Shown here: positions 46,744-56,727 of the stretch, piece after piece
Numbering within the stretch: position 1 is the stretch's first letter
Layout: every line of letters starts with the position of its first letter
NCBI RefSeq assembly: GCF_000142905.1
Contig: NW_013657674.1
Span: 280,709 to 344,708 of the forward strand
Origin: Thecamonas trahens ATCC 50062
Taxonomy: Eukaryota > Protista > Apusomonadida
Reading direction: 5' to 3'
DNA length: 64,000 nucleotides
The notes under the pieces: model-generated
Told to the model about the DNA's origin: nothing
Databases searched by the model: none
The model's input: the letters and a program-made list of their open reading frames with translations, nothing else
Program-made: the position numbers and the translations under genes

Positions 46744-49449
46744 TTACTTGGGTGCCGGAGGCTCTCTTGCCTTGGACATGGCCAGCAGTTGGTCTGAGGT
46801 GAGGCAGGCGAGCGCGTAGAGGTCAAACAGCTTGCGGATTGACGGCACGACCCGGAAGCGGTAAGGTGCAACCTGATGCTCGATCATGCCAGAAATCTGC
46901 TTGCCAAGCATCTCGATCTTGGACCAGTTGACTAGGCCGGGGCAGTCGCTGATAAAGGTCGGCATGTTGTCGATGTAGGTAAAGTCGGAGAGGTAGATGC
47001 CGAGGTAAGGGATGAGCGGCGAGCCCGGTGGGAGCGACGCGACCTCGGCACGGTAGTTCTTGAACGACTTGGACATGGACATGACTGTGTTGAGGCTGGC
47101 CAGCTTGGTGAGGACCTTCTTCTTGACACCGGCCCAGGTCTCGGTCAACCGCTGAACGGCATGCGAGTTGAGCGCGGCGAGGATGGCCATGAGCGAGTGG
47201 TAGTTGGCGAGCTTGCGCAACTCCCACGCCATGCGAACAAGCTGCGTCAGAGCCTTGACCCGCTCCTTGCGCGATTGTGGAGCGATGACCAGGCCCGAAC
47301 ACCACGAGACCGTGGTGTTGAACGACTCGATCATGCGCAGGATGTTGAGCGCCCGGTGCGCCATCGAGGCCTTGGACCAGGCGAGGGCGTGGAACTCGCG
47401 CGGCCGGATCGCCGCCCAGTGCTCAGACTCGACGAGGCAGAGCTGGCGGGCGAGCTCGACAGGATGAGCCTTGGAAAACGACGGCGGCGCATCGAGGTCG
47501 TCGGTCCCAAAAAACTTGCGCTTGAACATCGACGGCGGCAGGTCGTCGTCGTCGTTGCCATCCGCAGCCTTGTCTTTTTCGGCCAGCGCCGCCGCCGCCG
47601 CCGACGCCACCTCAGAGTGCTCCTCCTTGATAGCCGACATTGAGAGCCGCAGCATGTCGTTGGGGGTAACCGCAGTTTGTGCCGAGAGTGAAATCGAGTG
47701 CGATCGCTTGCGCGAGTCGTGCGGCGCCGGTGACGGCTCGCGCTGGGGCACAGGTGACGTCGACCCGCTCAGCGACATTGCGCGCACGTCTGATTCTGAC
47801 GCTGTCGGCCGCAGAGTTGTCGCTGACAGCGTGGCAAGCGCAGGCAGATTGGTCGACGAGCTTCGCAATGACGCCGGCGAGTGAATCTGCACGACAGGAA
47901 GGTCGTGGTCAATTGTGTCGAGCGCATCTCGAGGGTCGTGCAGCCACTTAGACGCAACGAGGTCGTCCATGTCGAGGCCTGCAAGAAAGGCTGCTGGATC
48001 GGCGCGAAAGTGCTCGGGAGTGTGGCGGCCGAGAAAGTTGCGCAGCTGGATGGCCGGAGAGCGGACGAGCAGGTGTTCGTCAGCCGACGACGCGACGGCC
48101 TGGATAAAGGCAAGTGTCCGCTCGTAGTGCTCGGGCACTCGCGCAAAGTCGTCCACAAAATATGACAGGAGCCAGAACCGGATGGTGTCAAGTACCGTGA
48201 GCTTGGCTGGTACTATCACTGCGTCGGTAATGGTCTTGGCCAACAGGCACGACGAGACCTTGACCTCTGGCATGCGGAACTTTTCTACCAGCTTGGCAAG
48301 GAGCATCTCCGAGGAGACAATGTAGTGGTACGAGCAAAAGAACGAGAACGGGTCGACCGCGCCCGACTCGGTCGTCAGATGGTGGACAATCTTGTTGAGG
48401 TTGGCTGCTTTGATCCGCGTTCCTTCCGACTGCGAGATAGTGTACCGCACGTTGGTGTCGTTGTCGGCCGTCTCGTCCCAGAACGCCCGCAGCGCGCCGT
48501 GTGTCTCATCGACCGTCTTGGCCTTGTGGACCGCAAGCGCCTCTAGATCCGCCACCGAGAGGCCAGGGTCAAGGTGACTGTCCGAAGACCCCCCGTCGAC
48601 CACAATGGTCGGCATCGAACCGATGCTGGTACTGAGCTCCGAGTGCGAGTTCGAGTCATGCAGCGGGATCCGCGGCTTGCTCGCCGACCACAGCTCAAAC
48701 GTTGACCTGAACTGGGCGAGCTGCAGCAGGCCACGCGACGAGTCAAGCGTGCTGTTGAACGGGTCCGACGACGGCTCCACCATGGCCGCTCGCCGCCGCT
48801 TGCCAGCGGTACGCTCACTCGGAGTTGTGCTCAGCTCGGGCATGACTTGCGCCTCGGGCACCGCTGCAAACCCGCCCACCGTAGGCGCGTAGCCCGTCGT
48901 CGGTGTTGCCAGCTCCTCAAGTGTCACCACATCGCCCGTGCTGACTGCGCCGAGATCTAGCGAGAGTGAGAGGCTTGGACCAGAAAGGTCTCCGTCGGAA
49001 GCCGGTTGCATGGCGCGCCGGGCGTGGACGACCGAGGTCAGGAGCTGCAGCGTCTCGCGCGACGCGTTGAGCTCCGAGTCGCCATCGAGAACTCGCAGCG
49101 TAGGGAGTGTGGTCGGTGACATTGATGACGACGCAGGTGAACGGCTCTCCGGGCGGGTCTTGATCGGCGACGGCAGCTCGGGATCGCTCGGAGAGGTGCT
49201 CACCGCCGGCGTCGATGAGCTCGACGAGGTCGAGTACGAGTAGTCGGAGCTGGAGTCTGACTCGTTGTCGAGTGCCGCACTGTCTGCAGAGTCGTGGAGC
49301 GAATCGGCGTACTCATACGAGTCGTCTGACGCCGACTCGCGCCTGCTGAGCGCGGCGTGCAGGTTGTTGGCGTTGAGTGAGACCGAACGTCCTCCCGCCA
49401 CGCCTGTGCCTACGGCCGGCGTCCGTGGGCCACTCTGGCCCCTTTCCAT
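46744..49449 (-). CDS. RasGEF (REM + CDC25 domain)
   Basis: IKAANLNKIVHHL, FFCSY, RFWLLSYFVDDF, ELARQLCLVE, NYHSLMAIL, VQRLTETW, FKNYR, IPYLGIYLSDFTYID, LVNWSK. Confidence 0.92.
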   Translation of the reverse strand: MERGQSGPRTPAVGTGVAGGRSVSLNANNLHAALSRRESASDDSYEYADSLHDSADSAALDNESDSSSDYSYSTSSSSSTPAVSTSPSDPELPSPIKTRPESRSPASSSMSPTTLPTLRVLDGDSELNASRETLQLLTSVVHARRAMQPASDGDLSGPSLSLSLDLGAVSTGDVVTLEELATPTTGYAPTVGGFAAVPEAQVMPELSTTPSERTAGKRRRAAMVEPSSDPFNSTLDSSRGLLQLAQFRSTFELWSASKPRIPLHDSNSHSELSTSIGSMPTIVVDGGSSDSHLDPGLSVADLEALAVHKAKTVDETHGALRAFWDETADNDTNVRYTISQSEGTRIKAANLNKIVHHLTTESGAVDPFSFFCSYHYIVSSEMLLAKLVEKFRMPEVKVSSCLLAKTITDAVIVPAKLTVLDTIRFWLLSYFVDDFARVPEHYERTLAFIQAVASSADEHLLVRSPAIQLRNFLGRHTPEHFRADPAAFLAGLDMDDLVASKWLHDPRDALDTIDHDLPVVQIHSPASLRSSSTNLPALATLSATTLRPTASESDVRAMSLSGSTSPVPQREPSPAPHDSRKRSHSISLSAQTAVTPNDMLRLSMSAIKEEHSEVASAAAAALAEKDKAADGNDDDDLPPSMFKRKFFGTDDLDAPPSFSKAHPVELARQLCLVESEHWAAIRPREFHALAWSKASMAHRALNILRMIESFNTTVSWCSGLVIAPQSRKERVKALTQLVRMAWELRKLANYHSLMAILAALNSHAVQRLTETWAGVKKKVLTKLASLNTVMSMSKSFKNYRAEVASLPPGSPLIPYLGIYLSDFTYIDNMPTFISDCPGLVNWSKIEMLGKQISGMIEHQVAPYRFRVVPSIRKLFDLYALACLTSDQLLAMSKAREPPAPK

Positions 49450-49662
49450 GCCGGGGCGTATGAAGGAAGGGGGATAAGAGGAGTGCCGGTGTAGGTGTAC
49501 GGGGGAGAGGAGTGACCGGCCAATTCTGTCGCTAGCGTCGAGCTTTGCAAGTTGTACCAGGATTCGAGTGGACTGCAAATAGTGTTGGAGTTGGCGAGGT
49601 TGCTTGCACGGCGTGGGGAAGGAAGGGCGAGGGGGGGGGGGGGCTGTGCTTTGTTTGCTGAC

Positions 49663-51611
49663 CTAGCTTTGGTGGCGATGGTACTTCTGGCGAAATTCTT
49701 CGACGTAGGACATCGATCGCTGTGGGGGCTGGAGCTCGCGCTGAAGGTCGAGGCTGAGCGAGGGCGGTCGACATAGGCTGGGGTGGTGGAGCGGGCGACG
49801 GGTGGCCGACGGTGGGTCGGCGCGGCCGGAACGGACCGCCGGCCGCAGCGGCCGGATCGATCCGTCAGGGTTGCGCAGAGCAGACCGAGGGATGGGCGAG
49901 GGAGCGGGATTCGGGCGCCGGAATGATGGCACGCTCGGGCGGGAGCTGTCGAGAAGCAGTGACCGCCGTGGCGTCGTCGACAACGACGACGATGGACCTG
50001 CCGGCCGCGATGTCTGCGAGAGCGGGAGCTGCGGCCGGTGCGTAGCCGTCATCGAAGGTGAAAGTGTCTGCGGGCGGCGCTCGTCACGCTTGGGAAACGG
50101 CGAGACGTAGTGAGATGAGGCAAAGAATGCGTCGGACGCGAGCTGCGGAGGGAGCGAAGGCGAGTACGGCACTTGCTGGACCTGGGCCGGCGAGTGCGCC
50201 ATCATCAGCGACGCTTGCGCAGCAGGCGTCCGCGGTGTGGCATACATGCTCTGAGCCTGCATCTGAGCGGTCTGCATCTTGACCTGGGCCTCTTGTTGCT
50301 GGGCGGCAGTGAGCGCCAGCTGCGCCAGACGAGCATTCTCTTGGCGGAGCCGCTCGATCTCGGCCTCCTGGCTCCGCGGCGTGCTCGCGACCGCCAGCTC
50401 CTCGTCGAGCGGTAGCGAGCCGGCTAGTAACGCCATGTTGGGCGAAGCCATACGCTCCAGCTGTGCGTTGCGGATCCGCTCACGCTCCAGGGCTCGGCGG
50501 AGCTCGGCCCGTTCGATGCGGGCGTCAAGATCGCCAAGTGGATTAGGCTGGGTCTTTCGCGACAGCCGGTGTCGATACGACGACGCTTCATCGTCGTAGT
50601 AGTAGTCGTCCGAGTATCCCGAGTACGTGTAGTACGGGTCGTAGTCCGAGTATGTGTACTCGTCCGAGTAAGTATAGAGCCGGCGGTGCGATGATGCCCT
50701 CGACGAGCGCCCCGCCCCCCCGACCGGCGTGAGGTCCGCGACGCCCGTGATCGGCGCGAGGTCCGTGATCGGCGCGAGGTCCGTGAAGCCCGTGATGCCC
50801 GCGACGCCAGCGACGCCAGCGACTCGGGCGGCGAGAGCGGGCGGCGTGGAGCCAAGAGCCCCGTCGCATTGGCTTTGGTCTTGGGCGGAGGCTTGGTCCG
50901 GCCGGACGCCTCGGCCCGCATCGAGGTGGGCGCCATTCTTGCTGGCTTGGCGCCAGCCGAGTTTGACGAGTCAAAGAGTGAGCCGGTCGAATCGTCTCCG
51001 CCCAGTGAGAGCGGCTCCGACTCGGACGAGTCCGAGCCAAGAGCTGCAAAGTCAAACGAGCTCTCGTCATCGCTGCTGTCGTCTCGCGCCGCAGGCTTGG
51101 TCTTGGTCTTGGCCTTGGTCTTCCCGCCGTCGTCATCAGAGTCGGAGGCAAAGTCGCCAAAGTTGATCGAGCTGTCATCGCTCGAGTCGGAGCCAAGGGC
51201 AGCAAAGTCGAACGAGTCATCGTCGTCGTCATCGCTGGGAGTAGCAACAGCTCGGGTGCCGGGCTTGGTCCTGTCAACGGCAATATGATTATCGTCGTCC
51301 GAGTCTGAGCCAAAGTCGCCAAAGTTGATGGAGCTGTCCGAATCATCGCCAGCGCCATGCTCGCTGCCAGAGGCGAGAGCGGCAAAGTCAAATGAGCCAT
51401 CGGTCTCTGTTCCAAACGCCAGTACGTCGTCATCGGCAGCCTCTGAGGTGTCAGGCGCGGTCTTGGACGGCACCGTCGACACCAGCTCAAACTCAAAGTC
51501 CTCGTCCGAGTCCTCGGCGGCATCCTCCCACATTTGGCCCCACTCTCCCTCGTCCTCGCTCTCACCTTCACCCTCACCCCACATCAGCAGCTCATCCACT
51601 GGCCGCACCAT
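49663..51611 (-). CDS. Hypothetical disordered protein (~650 aa) with acidic Phe-motif repeats, R/S repeats, a Tyr-rich patch and a short coiled coil; 1-nt frameshift in the G run near 50715
   Basis: ORFs 50424-51692 and 49663-50451 are linked by an open frame (YTYSDEYTYSDYDPYY...ERERIRNAQLERMASP) after one inserted base. Confidence 0.6.
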
Positions 51612-52038
51612 GGTGGGTGGTTGTGAGTGGCAGGCTGGAGAGTACAGGTCCAAATTGCCGCGGTATCGCCGCCTCGCACCGCACGTGCTCAACAGCCACC
51701 GCCCTCACCCCATCCCCATCGCCACCGCACACCCACCGCATCACCTACAGTCGGACGACATCCAGGACAGCCTCTACCACACTCTAGTGCGATGAGCGGC
51801 GACGGTCAAGTGGTTGAACACAAGTCTCACTGTGGCGCGCTCGTCGTTGTCGTGCGTCAGAAGACGCAAGTCCGTTGCAAGTGAGCGCGGGAGTGCCGAG
51901 TCGCGTCGAGAGCGAGAACAGCGTTCGTCGACTTGGGCAAAAGTGTTGGGGAGTTAAGGAGCTGTCAATGAAGAAGCCATCGCTGGCGCAGCTTGGCCGG
52001 ATCGTCTCGTCCGACACCACCCTTCTCTATCACACACT

Positions 52039-53786
52039 ATGGTACGACCCCCACCACAAAGTGAGCATCGACAGTGGATGCGACCAGCGCAGTGCGTAGC
52101 TTGCTGCAAGAGTACACAGCGGGCTTGACTACCGTCTGCTTGGCCAGCCGTGTGCTTGGGCATGGGCTCGGTGGCGCGATGGCCGGCAGCTTGTTTTTCA
52201 GACGATTTTGTCTGCCATCCACGGGCCATGCACCGCCCCCCCCCCCCGCCATGGCGAGGCTTGGCCATGGGAGTGAGGGCAGCAAGCAAGAGGGCTCAGA
52301 GGACTCACCGAGCGCGGCATAACGTGTGGATGACTGCTGAGGACAGCCCCGCCCCGCCAAGAAGAACACTGGTGCCAAGTCGGCCGCCAAGTCGTCCCCG
52401 TACTCGGATGCCATGTTTATGGCCCGCCCGAAGTCGTTCGGTGTCGGCCAGGACATCCAGCCGGCCCGCGACCTGACTCGCTTTGTCCGGTGGCCCAAGT
52501 ACGCCCGTCTCCAGCGCCAGAAGCGCGTTCTCTCGAAGCGCCTCCGCGTCCCGCCGTCGATCAACGTCTTCACCAAGGCTCTTGACTCGACCACCAGTAC
52601 GTTTTGTGTATGAGTGCTTGTTGTCCCCCCCCTCCCCCTCCATTCCCCAGCTTGGCACCCACCTTGTGCCGGAGCCTGTGCCCCACTGCCCGTTGATGAT
52701 CACGCTTATCCGATCTGGGTGCATTGCGCTGCTTTGCACCCCTTCGATGGGGACAATCAATAAGTTTTCAGCCTTGTCTGAGGGCCATCGCACTTGCGTT
52801 GCTTTTTGTTTCCCTCCCTGCTGCTCAACACTCACCCTCGCTACAGCCAAGGAGGTCTTCAAGTTCCTCAAGGACTACAAGCCGGAGACCAAGACCGAGA
52901 AGCGCCAGCGCCTCAAGGCCGAGGCCGAGACCATCGCCGCCGGCGGCACCGTCCAGACCGAGAAGCCGTACGTGCTCAAGTTTGGCCTCAACCACGTCAC
53001 CACTCTCATCGAGCAGAAGAAGGCCCAGCTCGTGCTCATCGCCCACGACGTCGACCCGATCGAGGTACGCTTGCCCCTGATGGATTCCCCCTCCGACTCC
53101 CCTCTTGCCGATCCCCCCTTCCCTCTGCCGTCCGTCCCAAGACGCACTGCCACTCCCGTCCCCCCCCTCCCCCCATCCGAGGCTGTCACACTTTGTGCGG
53201 CTGATGACCCGAGGCCTACCGTATCGCGTGCCTTGCTGTGTGAGGGTTGATACCCCTGGCCGATGACCCTAGGCGCACCGCACTGCGGTGATGCCAATGA
53301 CGACTCGGCTGCGGCCGCGGCTCGGCGTTTTGCTTTGGAAGCAACAACGCTTGAGCCGGCCGCAGCAGCAAGACGGCGCGATGCGGGTGGCTTGCGGACA
53401 ACGCTTGGATGTGGACCGAGGACTTGCAGCGCAAGAACCCTGGACTCACACTGCACACTCTGCGCCCCACCCCGCAGCTCGTCCTCTGGCTCCCGACCCT
53501 CTGCAACAAGATGGATGTGCCGTTTGCCATTGTCAAGAACAAGGCCATGCTCGGCCGCCTGACCAACACCAAGAACGCTACCTGCGTTGCGGTCACCCGC
53601 GTCAAGGCTGAGCACAAGCAGAAGTTCGGCAAGCTCCTCGACGGCATCAACGCCTCGTACAAGCCGGTCTACCGCTCGGCCTCGCGCAAGTGGGGTGGCT
53701 CCGTCCTCGGCCTCAAGTCGCAGGCCAAGATCGACGCCCAGCGCCGTGCTGTCGAGCGTGAGCTCGCCAAGAAGGCCGCCGCCTAA
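52039..53786 (+). CDS. RPL7A: 60S ribosomal protein L7a (eL8); exons 52039-52041 (ATG only), 52347-52596, 52847-53064, 53478-53786
   Basis: [83 protein letters not shown]. Three GTACG..CAG introns keep the frame. Confidence 0.96.
52688..52785 (+). ncRNA. Intronic box C/D snoRNA, snR41-like (guide for SSU rRNA 2'-O-methylation)
   Basis: Box C TGATGA at 52694-52699, box D CTGA at 52778-52781, terminal stem GCCC/GGGC. The guide TTTCAGCCTTG next to box D is complementary to the conserved SSU rRNA sequence CAAGGCUGAAA. Confidence 0.8.
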
Positions 53787-54000
53787 GGTGATAAAGAAAA
53801 GAAGAAAACAACAGCTTTGCTGTGATGCCGTGGTGCTCCCCACCCTGCCGGCCCAGCCGAGGTTTTTCTCGTCCACGCACGCCACGTCGCAATTGTTGTC
53901 CGTGTCAGGCCACAAGCCCAGATAGCCAGCTTGGACAACAAAGCCGCGAGGCCCAGCCCCAGCCCCGGAACCCACACTTGTCTTCCTCCTTCCCACCACC

Positions 54001-56701
54001 ATGGCGGCCGAACAACATGACGCCGAGCACATGCCTCCGTCCCCCTCAGGCTACCTGCCGCCCGAGGACAAGGCTGACAAGTCAGAGCTTCTTTGGTAGG
54101 TCAAGGCTGCTGTCGGCTGCCCGTCGACCCGCCTCGCCTCCCTCTCCTTCCCCTTTCCTCTCGTCACACACTCATCGCCCTTCTCCCCCCCCCCCCCCCC
54201 CTCCTCCGCTGCAATGCAGGACGCTTCTGACTCAAGGCATGGAGAACATGGACAGAGACGTCGAGTCGATCCAGAAGCACATTGTCAACCACTGCCAGTT
54301 CACGCTTGCGCGAACGCAGTTCAACCTGGATAGCTTTGGCCTGTATCAGGCAACGGCACTGTCGATCAAGGACCATCTGCTGGGGATGTGGAACGTGACG
54401 CAGCAGACGTTCACCAACAAGGACGTCAAGCGGGTGTACTATCTCTCGCTCGAGTTCCTCGTGGGCCGGGCGCTGCAAAACGCGGTGCTCAACCTGGACA
54501 TCGAAGGCGAGTACTCGCAGGCGCTGATGGAGCTGGGTACGGATCTGGAGAAGCTGTATGAGGAGGAGAAGGACGCAGCGCTAGGCAATGGCGGGCTCGG
54601 GCGGCTTGCGGCGTGTTTCATGGACTCGTTGGCGACTCTCGACTACCCGGCGTGGGGCTACGGCATCCGGTACCGGTACGGCATGTTTGCGCAGAAGATT
54701 GTGGATGGGGCGCAAGTCGAGTTTCCGGACTACTGGATCTCGTACCTCAACGTGTGGGAGATTCCACGCATTGATGTCTCGTACTCTGTGCGGTTCTACG
54801 GCGAAGTACGGGTGGTCTCCGACTCGCCGCGGGTGGTGGAGTGGGTAGGCGGCGAGGTTGTGCAGGCGGTGGCCTACGACGTGCCGATTCCGGGCTATGG
54901 GACCAAGAACTGCATCAACCTCCGGCTTTGGTCGGCCAAGCCGGCAAAGGAGTTTGACTTGCAGTCGTTCAACCAGGGCGACTACCTGGGCGCCATCGAG
55001 GACCGCCACAAGTCGGAGAACATCTCGCAGGTCCTGTATCCGAACGACAACACGTACATGGGCAAGGAGCTGCGGCTGAAGCAACAGTACTTTTTCGTGC
55101 GCGCCACGCTGCAGGACATCTTGCGGCGGTTCCTCAAGCGACCGCGCGAGTGGGAGGAGCTTCCGGACAAGGTGGCGATCCAGCTCAACGACACGCACCC
55201 ATCGATCGGCATTGTGGAACTGCTGCGGATCCTTGTCGACGAGCACGGGCTTGAGTTTGAGCGGGCGTGGGGCATTGTGGTCAAGTCGTTCCACTTCACC
55301 AACCACACGGTCCTGCCCGAAGCGCTGGAGAAGTGGCCTGTCGAGCTACTGGGCCACTTGCTCCCGCGGCACCTCGACCTCATCTACGACATCAACTACC
55401 GGTTTCTACAGCAAGTTCAGGCGTGGCGGCCTGGCGACATGGACGTTCTTGCGCGGATGTCGCTCATCGACGAGGCACACCCGCGGTCAATCCGGATGGC
55501 GAACCTTGCCATCATCGGCTCCACGCACGTCAACGGCGTCGCCGCGCTGCACACCCAGCTGCTCAAGACGACAATCTTCAAGGACTTTTGCGAGTTTTTC
55601 GGCGAGAGCAAGTTCCAGAACAAGACCAACGGCGTGACGCCGCGCCGCTGGCTTCACCAAGCCAACCCGGGCCTTGCTGCAGTCATCACCTCGTGGCTCG
55701 AGTCGGACGCGTGGATCGCCAACCTCGACGAGCTTGCCGGCCTCCGGGCCCACATCGACAACCCGGAGCTGGCTGCCGACTTTGCGCGTGTGAAGCGGGC
55801 AAACAAAGTTCGCCTCGCGGAGCTCATTCAGTCGACCAACGGGATCGAGGTCGACCCCGACGCACTCTTTGACATCCAGGTCAAGCGGATTCATGAGTAC
55901 AAGCGTCAACTGATGAATATTCTCGCGGTCATTGTCCGCTACCTCGCGATCAAGGAGGCTGTGGCGGGTGGGGCGAGCAAGGCCGAGCTTGCCGCCGCCT
56001 TTGTCGCCCGCGTCTCCATCTTTGCCGGCAAGGCTGCGCCCGGCTACCACAACGCCAAGCGCATCATCCGACTCATTACCGCCGTCGCCGACGTTGTCAA
56101 CAACGATCCCGACGTCGGCTCGCTGCTCAAGGTCGTGTTTATGCCCAACTACAATGTCTCGCTCGCCGAAGTCATCTTCCCGGGCACCGACCTCTCGGAG
56201 CAGATCTCGTGCTCGGGCATGGAGGCGTCCGGGACCGGGGTTGGCAAGGCAACGCTCAACGGTGCGCTGCTCATCTGCACGATGGACGGCGCTTCCATTG
56301 AGATTGCCGAGGAGATCGGCCATGACCAGGTCTTTGTCTTTGGTGCCCTCGCCAGCGAAGTCGACGGCCTCCGCGCTCAGGTCCAGTTCAACACCCCGCC
56401 GGACTGTGCGCCGCTAGCCAAGGCCAAGGCCGCCATCCGTGACGGCACTTTTGGCAACTACGACGAGTTCCCTCTGCTTCTTGACTCGTTTTCGGGCCGC
56501 AACGACTACTACCTCATCAACACCGACTTTGAGTCGTACCTCGACGCCCAGGCGCGCGCCGATGCCGTGTACCGCGACCAGGACGCCTGGCTCCGCAAGG
56601 CCATCCTCTCTACCGCCGGCATGGGCTTTTTCTCGTCAGACCGCACTATTCGGCAGTACGCCGAAGAGATTTGGGGCGTCAAGCCGTGCCCGCGCGAGTA
56701 A
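54001..56701 (+). CDS. Glycogen/alpha-glucan phosphorylase; intron 54096-54219
   Basis: RVYYLSLEFL, ALGNGGLGRLAACFMDS, VLYPND, ELRLKQQYF, IQLNDTHP, TNHTVLPEALEKW, QVKRIHEYKRQ, EASGT, FSSDRTIRQYA. Confidence 0.97.
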
Positions 56702-56727
56702 AGGTGTGTGTGCGGGCGTGTCTGCAT

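Noticed and set aside
52042-52346. snoRNA in RPL7A intron 1
   Set aside because: No convincing C/D pair or rRNA-complementary guide seen by eye.
53822-54219. ORF-track N-terminal extensions of phosphorylase; likewise for the receiver-PDE, esterase and METTL7-like ORFs
   Set aside because: Read-through of introns or UTRs; the spliced or downstream-start models give family-consistent N-termini.
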